A DNA stretch of 64,000 nt. It comes from Haliotis rubra. Taxonomy: Eukaryota. The notes beneath the pieces were generated by a model. The model was not told where the DNA came from. It was given only the letters and a program-made list of their open reading frames with translations, and did not search any database. The DNA lies in contig NW_025767134.1 in assembly GCF_003918875.1 (NCBI RefSeq), positions 744,001 through 808,000 of the forward strand, given 5' to 3'. Of the stretch, positions 1 to 12,760 are shown in pieces (position 1 is the first letter of the stretch; each line of letters begins with the position of its first letter). Position numbers and translations under genes: made by a program.

Positions 1-275
1 AGATAGACAGACAACTGACCCAGACATAGACGACAGACACACATACATACAGACCAGACAAATAGACGACACACACACACACACACAGACACAGATAGAC
101 ACACACGACAGACAACCATACAGACGACACCCAGACAGACAAACAGACGAGATAGACAGACAGACATACGACACACAGACAACCATACAGACGACACCCA
201 GACAAACAGACGACACACATACATACTAGTACATACACACACATACAGATAGACAAACAGACATACGACACACAG
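1..275. repeat. Degenerate (CAGA/CA/GACA)n simple repeat
   Basis: Low-complexity run of agac/acac/cagac units at the window start. Confidence 0.85.
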
Positions 276-599
276 GCAAGAGTGAGTCAGATCGCTGACT
301 TTGTATGCCGTCGATTCGGCGCCTGACTCTGCAGAGCCTGATTTAGAATCATGGAAGGGAGTTAACCTCTAAAATCGGAGAGATTGTAAGGCCAATTTGC
401 ACATACATGCAAGTGCATGAAAAGTTTCTTTGGCACTTTTAAAAGACAAACAGTTTCTTTTTTAAAAACATGTTTATTACTGTTAGAGGCCATTATACAA
501 ATTGTATTGGAAGGTATTTATATATTCAACATAAATTCATGATTTATAGTTACAAAAATACATGAATTACATTGTCACCACTGAACAACAGATAACTAA

Positions 600-812
600 A
601 CTCGTGAAGATCCAGGATAGAATTGGTCTTCAGTAACCCATGCTTGTTGTAAGAGGCGACTAACGGAATCGGGTGGTCAGGCTCACTGATATGGTAAACA
701 CATGTCTTCTTGTCCCATTTGCGTAGACTGGTGCTCATGCTGTTGATCACTGGATTGTCTGATCCAGACTCAATTTCTTACATATCGCCGATTACTAACA
801 CTAAACTACAAA
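600..812 (+). mobile_element. SINE family 2 copy (core cccatgcttgttgtaagaggcgactaacgg)
   Basis: Same sequence recurs at 33172-33418, 36150-36385 and 36690-36808, with degenerate copies near 13950-14120 and 27805-27910. Confidence 0.75.
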
Positions 813-1266
813 CTTGTTGTTTTCTTCTGCATCTTCGTGTCGTTTTTCCAAGTGGCAACAGTATGTAACACATCAGAAATTATTAAACATCACTGTACAA
901 AACAGGGAAAGCACATATGGCCAGAGATCAATATCCATGTATCTTTATACATTCAGTACATGTAACACGCAAATGCTTTGCCAATAAACATTTCTGTGTC
1001 CATTTCCTTTCATACATAAACAGATAAATAATAAAGTATAACAAATGAATTACTATATACACATTGTCATAATATGAACGACCTTCTGTCAAATGGAACC
1101 TAATTAAGTCATATGCTACCCTATTTTGAAAGTGTTATATGGGAATCGTCCTCAGTTCAGTTGCCAATCCAAACTGTCAGAAATGTGTGAAAACGGCCCC
1201 ATACCACTGCACCATCGACAAGATGTTCTACCCAGATGTACACTCTCTATCGAGTTGAATGGAGTG

Positions 1267-1800
1267 TTAAACCGACGTATCCATCCATGTGTCCATATCT
1301 ACATCTATAGAACAGGACTTCAGCGATCTGTGAAGGCGGGGCGGGGTGGTTTCACTGATGATCGCATACTCTTCAAGAGGAGGTGACGGGCTTACTGGCA
1401 GATAGCTGGTCCTGCGGTGTAACTGCGAGTTCCACAGGTTCTGGTACACGGGGTCATTCTTCACCAGACTAGCGTTAGACCTGAAGTAAAAAATAGAGGT
1501 ACTGATGATTGTATGTGGGACATTCGTATAATTAACAAGCACTAATTCAATACAAAACACATGTATGCTTAATGTGACATTAGGGACCGATCATGATGTA
1601 TGGCTAGCGGTGAGTGGGTGGTGATGATGATTGTTATGGATAAGTGTGTACAATGCGAATGACCACCCTAAAAATCATGTACAAAGTGACACACACACAC
1701 ACATACACACACACAACTGTTGTCATGTCATGTGCTAAATCTATGCCCCATAAGTTTTAAGCGAAAATCTTAAATATTCACATGTACGAAATTGCTGATA

Positions 1801-1845
<45 letters not shown>

Positions 1846-4800
1846 CTCGCCCACCCCCACCTTATCCCCCTCAGTACATGTTTTTGATGACTCCCTACCT
1901 CCCCAAAACATCATTTTCAGCATCGTCGGGTGTAATTTGCAACTATGTATTCAACTTCAAGTATATATACCTGCTATTGCCTTTTCTCTGTCGCCAACAG
2001 TCCCCACATAGGACTGCTATTGGTTCTTGGTAGCGTTGTGAACTCCCTGCTATTTCCAGGGCACTCATTAGTGCCTTGTATATGAACGCATACTGCTCCT
2101 GAAGATATCAAACATGGATTTTATTCGTGTAATGTTGTCATTAGCGATTTATTGTTTCAGGCAAAATATATTTTCTTGATATTTGGTTGTCATAATATCG
2201 GTATAATGTAAATTCCATGATAAACGAATGTGTTCCATGCAAATATATATTACATCTTGTATTAAACTGGTGTATTCAGTTTGTTTTGTTCTACATTTAC
2301 AATAATAGTCGAATGTTGATAGATGTCATATGCTTGTTTCAAATCCCCCTCCACATGGGTGGACATTTGCTATTGTATTTATGTATAACAGATTCATATT
2401 TACTTTGCATTCATATTTATAAACTGGTGACCTACTAGCTGTAACAACGGAAACATGCATGTCCTTTAAATGTCACTCACTTTCACTTTCACTGACCCCA
2501 GGGTCAAATAAACGTGTCTGGCTTATCTGGGTTCGATGGCCAAAAGAACACTTCGATTTGTAAACAAAAGGTCTTGTCAGAAAGATATCGCTGACAAAAA
2601 TAGAAGGATATAATATGCATGATGGCACATGAAGCTCTGATAAACTGAACTGAAATTGAACTCACTTGTGTCTGAACCATTTTCATCCTCTGTTGGCGGA
2701 GGTTCTGTACACAGGTGTAAATACATACTCGGCCCTCTTCCCTGGCCTGGTCAAGTAGATAATCCAAGGCAATGAAGGTTCCCGTGCGTCCAATGCCAGC
2801 GCTGAGAAATGTGATGCAGTGAAACTTACGATTATTCTTTAAAAGGGAAAATGCAGTTTCATGGCGAACACATGTAAATGTATACATGATGCGTCTTCCG
2901 GACCACTGATGCAAACCTGGCTAACGTGGACGGTACTCCTACAGAATACCGGATACCTACCAGCCATATTGTTTAGTGTCACGTCACCCTAACCCTAATC
3001 CTAACCCTAACCCTAACCCTAACCCTAAACCTTACCCTAACCCTAAGTAAACTCGTGTGCTTTCAAAGATGACGGAATGTATCCGGTATTCTATAGTCTT
3101 ACCAACCTGGACAATCCACTGAGAAAGGTATTGTCCCGATTAACGAGGTAAACTTTGTACCAGCGTCATGAAATGTGCTAGCAGGATAGTAGTATGTGCA
3201 TTTCAGTAACCACATAGAATTAAAGCTTTATAAATAATATGATGGACATGTATAACGTATTCTTCGTTAACTGTTTATTAATTATATGGTATTTCAATTT
3301 CACTAAATTATTACATTACATTTTCATTACATTCATTGCTTGCGTTAACATTATACATTCCTCACTGTGTTCGTTCTGTTCATTTTACCGGCGAAATTAT
3401 CTACGTTGAAAACGTATACTGAGTGAATATGTTTGACATCTCATGCTTTTAAATCAAATATTCAGTCTGCGTAATGGAAATTTTCGACGATTTTGACCCT
3501 GGCATCGTTTTTGTATTTTTGAATGCATTTACTGTCACTGTATTTTCGCACACGGAGACTGAAATGCCATGATTCTGAAACTGAAACAAAAAATTGCCGT
3601 GAGAAATTCTTCCTTATGAAGTGTATGCACACAGTACCTGCAGTGTATTAACAAAGGTCCAGATGAATCTGTTTTTGTGTCCTTGACAACCCTGTGGAAA
3701 TCTAGAATTGCAGTTGTCTCCCCTGGAACACCGTGGTCAGGCCAGGAGGTAAAATGAAACTGGCGGATTAATCTGTGGTCAGAGTGTTCCTGAAAAAAAC
3801 ACGCACAAAAAACTGCAGATCAAAACACATGGTACCTTATGTTCGTTTATAAATTTATTTAAATTTAGCACAAGTTGCCCTTCTAAAAACACCAAGCAGG
3901 TTACATAAATAGAAGCATACTTATACACTGAATATCATACGCCAATAAATTTCGATTGTTTGACTAGTTGTCGTAAAACAATTATTGCAATTGGTTCGCG
4001 AGCGAGAATATGTATGTGAGAATACAATTGCCAGCGAATGTAATCTGACGACAGAAATGTACTCATACCTTCCAAACCGCTAGTTTCCGGAGAGTATAAT
4101 TTTTATACACCTTTTCCTCAACACACTGAACGTACACCTTGCCATAGGTTGAGAAATCGGAGCTGCAGAAAGGCCAGTACATCTCACACTTCACCTAAGT
4201 GTAACATAGTTCAACACATATTAGCTCAAATATATGTTGTGTAGTATTCATTCCCCACCTGACATATTACGTTTGTATGAATATCTTTATAGAGTGTCAG
4301 TTCAGCACCGGTATTTAGTAGATATTTTTGGCATACTGTTAAATGTTTATTGCTCTACATGAATGTGTTACCTTCCTTGCTTCAACAAGGTTAGTTAGCA
4401 TGACAATCTTGGTGGTGTTCAGCTGCCATATCATCCTCCAGAAGTCCGCTACGACTTCTACTGAGGGTCCTGTAACACAGAAATAGAAGCATATACAGCA
4501 GGCAAATTAAATTGGCTTCGCTTTTGTTTTGGTAATGGATGATTCAATTTGTAATTTAATTTTGTGTTTCCTTTTACCTTACAAGTATGTATTTTATTTC
4601 AAAGAACTCCAATGCTGAAACTTGAAACGCAGTGCTTATTAAACGGCGTTTGAGGTAATGAATGCATCGTTATGGTTGCACTAAATATGGCAACCTATTT
4701 GCATGTATAGAGACTGTCTTGCATCTACGTAATTGTATTTTTACAGTATCTATCAATGTTATTCAGTATATCAAGGAGTAGTGGGAGATAATTCAGTTGG

Positions 4801-7800
4801 TTTATGACCCTTTGAACTTACCTTGGGCTGCCACGTACTGGATGTGCTCTTTGTACCCCTGGAATATAGCAATAACATTCTATGCACACGGAAATAATCA
4901 TCATTGAAAGTAATTTAGTAATGCAATTTCCAGTGTTTTCAATGGTGTGATACGTAGCTAGGGGAAATCATGAAATTTCAAAACCAGTGCGTTCGTACAT
5001 ATTTATGGAAACGTATCTCTCAAGCAGGTACAAAAATACTAAAGTCAATTTTATATATCATGTAACATCAATATGACCAAAAGTATATGATTATTAAATG
5101 CCAAACGAAAACGCATTTCATGTTTATTCAAAGGATTAAGTGGTGCGTATACTTACATCGATGAATGAGGCATTGATGTAATCACTTTCACTCTTGTCGT
5201 CAATCTCGAGGGACACTCGCGTTGCGTCATCTGCAAATATATTAAAACAGGGCGATCCAAAAATTCACTAATTTAAAAATATGAGCTTGGCCTTTAACTG
5301 CTTGGATGTAATAAGTGTACAAACGACTACCACAGGTCAGAGCATATATTTCTTTTTAAATACGTAATTAAGGTTGTTATTACTTTCAGAAATAAAGTAA
5401 ATACAAGGATATGAAAATGCAAAACAATAATGATAGACCTAATACACTAAACTAAGTGATACTAATCCACAGCATAGCCACAAATTTAGGGTAGTGACCG
5501 TATGTTAACGTACATGGCAATACATCTCTGTATCTATTCTTCGTGACGTTGTCATCCAGAGAGCCATATTTTGCATTTTCGATGTCAGGACAAGACAGCC
5601 TCTGGAAAAAACAGTTTAGAAAATATATGATCTGATAACAGAAGGCGAAATGAACACATGCATGAACATGAGAACATATTGTCAATTATGTTTTTAAACA
5701 TTGTTACTATCTCACCTGGAACTCGTCTATTATCTGCACGGATGACCCCTCACCTATCAGATCCTCACATAGGATCACCCGTTGCAGGTCATCATCTGTG
5801 AAGCATTGACAACTCATAATACTCAATCAATTGATCACCTCATAAATTGTATTGTATACATTTTACAATTTTATTTTATTCTATTTTTTTTTTTTTTTTT
5901 TATTTATGCATTGTGAGTATCTTTAAGAATACATCTTCAAAAGGGCATAGAAAGAATGTATATGTTTGAAGGGAATATGTGATAATTGAAATAAAGATAT
6001 AAAAATGCTCTAATACAGTCTGTTAAATACATACGCCACACATTTAAATACATACCTTGACATGAAGCTGTGAACATTTCTTGTGATGATGAAGGGTTCT
6101 GTTGGAAATCATAAGGCTTCAGATCATTGTTATTTAGTGAATTCATTTCGCATGTCATCTCTTTGTCTTGGGACTTATTCAGTCTTCTCTTTTTTCTCCT
6201 AAAATGTAAAATACAGTCACATATTACTTAAAAGCTTTACAATAACATATCGTTTAAAAGGTCTCTCAAATGGTAAACAGTTTCCTCAGAAATACCATAT
6301 TCAGTTGCTGAACTGCAATTATTGTACTCAATGTTATATTCTAATACTTTAACGCGTGACACATTATGTTTCCATCCATTGTTAAGAAATCAACATATTT
6401 CATATTAGTACATGTGTAATACAACACTTACTTCTTCCACAAAAACGCCATCAGAGAGAGAAACGATGCAGCTACAACCACCGCAAGCATCACACTTCCG
6501 ATCCATATCAGTAACGAAGTATGACCTTCAAAATAATTCAATCTTGTTTGTCACAGGACTACGCAATAAACAGACGACCTAAAAGACATTTCTTGGAACA
6601 CAAACAAATACATGCAAATGACAAAATTGTCAAGGTATTCATAAATATACACCTCGTCAAAAGTATCGCACCACCCATTTGAAAGTCAAAGTAGAAATAT
6701 AATGTTCGGGTTTTTGTTATACTCCACGTACATATGTAATATTCGACACCATCCGTCATCATAATATCACAAACACATCCTGTTCCGAGCTGCACGTGCA
6801 TGCTTGCCTTAAGCATGCATGTTCCGGGGGTCAGTTTGCTATAAATGCAGTACACACATAGCCTCCTTTTGGCGTATGTTATGTTGGCAGACGCAGCTAA
6901 AATTTGATTGTAGGCATAAATTTTGATTAAAAAAGCTTGATTTGGACCAACCAGTGAAATGCCCAACGACGTCCACCCTTCACAAATCGGCACCGCAATG
7001 CCCGTTTAGCCTGGTGCCAAGCACGTGTTAGCTGGAACCTGAGGACATGGAGAAGGATCCACTGGTCCGAAGAAAGCCGATTTTTGCTGCAACATACAGA
7101 CGGGAGGGCACGAGTTTGGAGGCAGCGAGGCACAGCATATGATCAGCTGAAGTTCCAATTTGGGGTGGATCCGCCATGGTGTGGTGGTATTGTTCCTATC
7201 ACTGTAAACTTGACCTCATCGCAGTTCCCGAGGCATTGAATGGAGAGAGGTACCAGAACTTGAAACTGGACGGTGCTGTAGTGCCTCACTTCAATAACCA
7301 TGCCCTCGCCACTTCATGGTCGATAATGCCAGACCACATCGTGCTCGAGCTGTTGTTGAGCATCTCGAACACACCACCATTGAGACACCATGGCCAGCCA
7401 GAAGTCGAGACATGAATCCTATTGAGTATTTGTGGGACATTTTGGGACGTAGAGTGAGAGCAAGGGATCCTCCAGTTCAGAACCTTCAGTAATTGCCCCA
7501 TGCATTGCATGATGAGTGGCAGCAGATCCCCCAACTGAGAATCAGACGTCTGGTGGCCAGCATGAGACGGCGTGTAGAAAATGTTATCCAAGTGCGAGGC
7601 GGTTACACCAGATACTGAGTTAGCCAGTCATTGTGGACCTTACTAGTGTGTTCGACATTATTAAATTGTGAACTGTGATGTGTGTCTGTTGTAACGACAC
7701 CGGCAGCCATACTTATTTCACCTTATTTTACGGCGATTTGAGTGAACTTCAGTTTGCTACAACGAAACCTTCAATAATTGTTCAACTTCGGTCTTGTGTT

Positions 7801-9484
7801 GTCAATTTTCTGACTGAACGCTCACATGAGGCCATCTAAACAGTTTAATGTGCTTTTCTAAGCACCATTTTTATAAGGTTGTAGATCCAGTTTTACTTAG
7901 AGAAAAAATGTGGGTGGTGCGATATTTATTGACGAGGGGCATATGTGGTTAGATTATTTATTTATACTCTATAGGGCAAATAACATTTGTAAGTAGAGAA
8001 CAAGTACACATATATATGCTGCTGACTGCTGGTTCTACATACTGCAGTGATGTTAGATAAAGGGGGGTAGGTAACAGGGGTTCTCATTTTTCAATACATC
8101 ATGACAGTATCGTTAAATCTTATTGATCGTGTGAAATGGTATTTCGACTTTGTGTAATATAACGCCCCCCTTAACCTGACAACCCTCACTCACTCCGTAA
8201 ATGATATTGAACCACCACATTTCAATTTCCATAGAGACAGAAGCTCACACCTGAATGTACATCACACTTGTCCCCTGTGTACCCCGGCTCACAGCTGCCA
8301 CACTCCCCTGTGTCTCTATTCACATCCACCTGTACAGTGTGAGGGACAAGGTGTTCTACAGTGTGGACCGTAATACTGGGGATTCTGACACGATCCTGTA
8401 CAACCATCACCATAACGTTCACACTGTGTACAGGCTGTAGGACAGTTCACGCCACAGTTATCTCCCTTCTTGCCGGCCACACATCCCTCTGTACACACAA
8501 CACGGGTGTTGTCCATCTGACAGCGAGAGTTGAGACAGGTGTCTGGACAGTCATGTTGACACTGTATACCATAGAACCTGGAGTCCAGACACTGGAGACA
8601 CTCTCCAGATGACGTCACATTGACACAACGAGGTAGACACACACCGTCAACACAGGTCACGTTGTTTACCGCCACAGTTGGTGCAGTTTATTGCATGGCA
8701 TGACTCTTTAAGCATATAAGGAAAATAATCATTAAAGATGGCACATAAATCAAACAAAGACGTGGGTTTGCACCTGTATGGGTAGAAATGTATCCCCATT
8801 TGTCTCGGGTATTTTTCAATTGACGCTACTAAATTAATGTCTTGCAAAAATAGATGCATTTCAAAGCATTGTGAACATATAATATACTGTACACGGATGA
8901 ATCTGAAAACTACTAAAAAATACACAAGCCTTTGTTTTCTTCACATATGTCGCAGTATTCCCCTCTGTACCCCGGCTCACAGCTGCCACACTCCCCTGTG
9001 TCTTTATCACATCCACCTGTACAGTTGGGGGGACAGGTAACATCACACTTGTCCCCTCTGTACCCCGGCTCACAGCTGCCACACTCCCCTGTGATCCTAT
9101 TACATCCACCTGTACAGATGGAGGGACAAGGTGTTGTACAGTTCTGACCGTAATACTGGGGATTCTGACACGGTCCTGTACAACCATCACCATAACGTTC
9201 ACACTGTGTACAGGCTGTAGGACAGTTCACTCCACAGTTATCTCCCTTCTTGCCGGCCACACATCCCTCTGTACACACAACACGGGTGTTGTTCATCTGA
9301 CAGCGAGAGTTGAGACAGGTGTCTGGACAGTCATGTTGACACTGTTTACCATAGAACCTGGAGTCCAGACACTGGAGACACTCTCCAGATGACGTCACAT
9401 TGACACAGCGAGGTAGACACACACCGTCAACACAGGTCACGTTGTTACCTTCACAGTTGTTACAAGGTGTGCTTGTAGAAGAAA
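1267..9484 (-). CDS. Gene A: receptor-type protein tyrosine phosphatase with EGF-like ectodomain, TM and single PTP domain
   Basis: Phase-consistent GT-AG exons (minus strand): 9484-8945 (EGF), [8705-8251 second EGF exon, frameshifted], 6525-6432 ([28 protein letters not shown]), 6198-6056, 5795-5716, 5601-5514 (KNRYRDVLP), 5230-5157 (DYINASFID), 4858-4822 (YVAAQG), 4469-4372 ([15 protein letters not shown]), 4194-4069 (KCEMYWP), 3789-3638 (WPDHGVP..IHCS), 2801-2666 (AGIGRTG..MVQTQ), 2098-1971 (EQYAFIY), 1480-1267 (tail, stop). All classical PTP motifs are present. Confidence 0.93.
1801..1843. repeat. (CA)n microsatellite in last intron of gene A
   Basis: About 20 CA units. Confidence 0.95.
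2932..3097. mobile_element. Small inverted-repeat element containing (CCCTAA)n; Helentron/HINE-like non-autonomous element (inferred)
   Basis: tacagaataccggatac (~2940-2956) and gtatccggtattctata (~3079-3095) are inverted copies flanking about 10 CCCTAA units (2987-3046). Confidence 0.55.
6650..7939 (+). mobile_element. Tc1/mariner DNA transposon, internally deleted and decayed, in an intron of gene A
   Basis: TIRs cacctcgtcaaaagtatcgcaccaccca (after TA at 6648-6649) and tgggtggtgcgatatttattgacgagggg. Broken transposase: [47 protein letters not shown]. Confidence 0.9.
8251..8705 (-). pseudogene. Second EGF exon of gene A carrying two +1 frameshifts
   Basis: Near-copy of 8945-9484 with AG/GT ends. 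It reads GGTAAACAAC instead of GGTAACAAC (~8665) and TGTGAATAGAGAC (~8320, premature TAG). Length is 455 = 453+2. Confidence 0.75.
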
Positions 9485-10080
9485 CTGTTGAATGGAAAAT
9501 ATAATATTGTATGCCATCTGTTCAATGTACAAATTAAACATCTGTAATATTGCCATAGTGTTCACGATTTCTGAACATGAAACATTCAGAGAGGAATGGA
9601 AGTGCTCCACAGACTAGCATATTTCTTTCGCCCAGGACAATGTTTGTTTAGTTTTTGTGAGATTCACTAAATTAATTAGTAGACAAAATTATCCTGTTTG
9701 TATGGATAAGTATCGTGCTGAGCAGCATTAAGGTCGGTGGAAGACAATCGTTCATCCTGAATGGCAATATTTGACAGACGTTGGTGATGACTCCAGTCTC
9801 AAATATATTTTCCAACCTTATAGATGTAGATAAAAGAGTATCTGCATGATATTCTGTATCGAACGGGGAAACGTATCATATCACACACCATGAATAAAAC
9901 TTACATATGTTAGAGCATGGGTTATAATTTTGGATGGGATGCAACTCAAAAATGTACTATAATCTGTAAATTTACTAAGAAAGTGTAATCCCTGATATAC
10001 CATATGTTACATTTGACCACTGTCTAAATGGCATTGTGTATTCATAAATAACAAGTTTATAAATAACGAAAACCTCTTAC

Positions 10081-10163
10081 CGTTCAGGAAAAACAGAGGT
10101 AGAAAGACGATGGGTTGTCCAGTAATGGCATCGTGGATTACGTGCGTCCATTGTGAAGTTGTT
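10081..10163 (-). CDS. Candidate leader (signal-peptide) exon of gene A
   Basis: ttttgcag acceptor and G|gtaaga phase-1 donor. Encodes hydrophobic GQPIVFLPLFFLN, joining in frame to (V)SSTSTPC. No in-frame ATG inside the exon, so the start codon is uncertain. Confidence 0.45.
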
Positions 10164-10749
10164 CTGCAAAACAAGGATAGCGACGAGATTAGTGACATTG
10201 GGTGATATATCAACATAGAATCTTGCTTTTATATATCATTTGTTATTCCAAATGTTTTGAATGTGTGTTGCCCAAAGAAACAGGATATCATTAACATTTA
10301 CTATGTATCGCAAGGATTTGAAGTTTACTTATNNNNNNNNNNNNNNNNNNNNNNNNNNNNNNNNNNNNNNNNNNNNNNNNNNNNNNNNNNNNNNNNNNNN
10401 NNNNNNNNNNNNNNNNNNNNNNNNNNNNNNNNNNNNNNNNNNNNNNNNNNNNNNNNNNNNNNNNNNNNNNNNNNNNNNNNNNNNNNNTGTCACATTTGTG
10501 TAAGTTAAACTGTGATATGCAGTTTGAACAACTGCAAAGTAAATACTTAAAACATCTATAGCATAATTATAGTTCACAATACGGTATTTCAGCGTAAAGC
10601 TATATATGTTGCTTATAGCTTAAGGACCGATGTGTAATGTATAATGCTTAAGAAGGAGTTCGAACCCTGTACACAAAACATCCGGTTTATGAAGTAAGAC
10701 AAAATTGAATAATTGAGTTATCGAGTTTATTTATTTTATTGCTATTTAT

Positions 10750-10945
10750 TATAGGACATTTATATAGTGCACCTATCCAGGCAACTAGTGCATGATCAAG
10801 GCGCTGGTATTTTTTCCCTCGATCACTGGATGTCAATCTCAACGGCAGATCGTATTATCAATCTCAACTCCCAGGGGAGTATACAGCTCTTGCAGCCACT
10901 AGGCGCACTGAGTTATTGTGGCGTTCTCATCCTAACGAGGTAGGA
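10750..10945 (-). mobile_element. 3' fragment of composite SINE family 3
   Basis: Reverse complement matches 60990-61135 (gtgcgcctagtggctgcaagag..gggagttgagattgataat). Confidence 0.7.
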
Positions 10946-11859
10946 TCATTGTTCCTTAACACTAGCCCTTTCCCAATTTTTGAATGAAATATACAAACAA
11001 ATTTGATGAATTACATTTTTAGAATTTGGTGATATGTCGTATATAGAAACACATAGTTAAAACAAACTCCAAGGGACATGAAATTTATAGAGGAAAAAAC
11101 GTTGTCTTACATCAACCTGGGTGATCATCAGAAAATGTTGTGTTCATGATATGATACATGCCATACAGAATACATCATTTAATGTCATATCTTTAACTGA
11201 CAAATCACAAGGCGTATTTTCACCCGGTACACTAGATGTGTCACGTAGCAATACGAACCATACTCTTGACATACAATTTAACAACATCTATTCCTGGGTA
11301 TGGCTAAGCTCTTATAACGTAACCTATTATATTTGCTACAATATTGGAACCAAAGTAAACTTACTTTTAGCTCTCCCCAGTGTATATGCTGTATAGCAGT
11401 CCTGTCCTAAATACTGACGTGAATACAGACGCGGCTCGCCAGGGTAGTTTCAGCTTCCTCCTTGACTCAACTATCCTGACTTTAGCCTCCTACATATTAT
11501 TCGAATATTCATTTACTAAAGGTTTGGTTAACAAAGGTGCGCCTAGAAGTATTTAAGTTATTTTTATAATTCATATAAATTACCTATATATTATTTTAAT
11601 ATATATGAACACCATGTACATGGATGCACAGCCTATCTAAACTTGGCACTTTAACTGAATCCCACAATGGTAGTCGTGTGTGCATTGTTATGAAAATAGC
11701 TGTGTACCATACTGCTACCAACTAGGTTACAATACAGACGATGAAAAATTGATTGCGGCAAAGTTTGATTTGGAACATATTGACGTTCTTTGACCCCCAC
11801 CCCAAACAACGCTCTGCTCTGCTCTGCTCTGCCACACCTGCTCTGCTCTGCCACACCTG

Positions 11860-12043
11860 TTTTCAGTCGAATCTGGCATGTCTGTGGGCCCATCGTAAAC
11901 GGTTCCTGATGGTCTCTGATGAAAGTTGCAGTGACAAATCTGTTGCAGAGATGACGTGTCCTGATTTGTACGTCATCAATATGTGACGTCGCACGCACAG
12001 CCTCAGGCCTTGAGCGATCTGGGTCCTCTGTGTATTGTTTGAC
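11860..12043 (-). mobile_element. Tc1 transposase N-terminal (HTH) fragment, cut by N gap
   Basis: RATSHIDDVQIRTRHLCNRFVTAT and SETIRNRLR..HAR match the Tc1 DNA-binding region. Confidence 0.65.
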
Positions 12044-12569
12044 NNNNNNNNNNNNNNNNNNNNNNNNNNNNNNNNNNNNNNNNNNNNNNNNNNNNNNNNN
12101 NNNNNNNNNNNNNNNNNNNNNNNNNNNNNNNNNNNNNNNNNNNNNNNNNNNNNNNNNNNNNNNNNNNNNNNNNNNNNNNNNNNNNNNNNNNNNNNNNNNN
12201 NNNNNNNNNNNNNNNNNNNGGGTGTCATGTTTCTAGCATTGTTGGTTTCATACTATGGTATGGTAAAACTAGTGAAAATATTTGAGAACAGTTAACTTTC
12301 ATACCCTAAAACCGATTGTTTTCCAATTCTTCCTCTCCAGCTAAACATAAATTGATTGGGTGTATGTAAGTCAGTGTGATATTCAAGGTTTATTCAGAGT
12401 CTTCTGTCTGTATAGCAATATTTCCCATTGCTGTCCTCATATAAAATACGCAGAAACCCAGTTATTCCAAAACCAATACACCCGGAAACCAATACTGAAC
12501 GATGAGTCAACTCCTATGTTAAACATAGGTTACAGTGACATATTGAGCCAACCCTGACTGATATTTATT

Positions 12570-12760
12570 TGTCTGTCTCACAGTCCCTGAACCATATCAT
12601 TTTTCCAACAGCCTAGCCTTCCCTGCAATGCTTAAGCCCTAAATGAAGCAAGTCTAGATTTCTCCAGGTTCAGGATCTCCCTGGGGCTCCTTTTCAATTT
12701 AAATGGGTTTATTTGTTACAATCAAACTTATATATACTCAGAGAATAAGCGTTAGTCTAG
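12570..12760 (-). repeat. Unclassified interspersed repeat, homologous to the 22274-22463 insertion
   Basis: Reverse complement aligns over ~190 bp (aaattgaaaaggagccccagggaga..gaaatctagacttgct..ggttcagggactgtgagacagac). Confidence 0.75.

Noticed and set aside
9051-9059. RGD tripeptides in EGF repeats of A (also B, C, E)
   Set aside because: They arise from the common GYxGxxC EGF consensus and are not conserved (TGD in G); no evidence of integrin binding.
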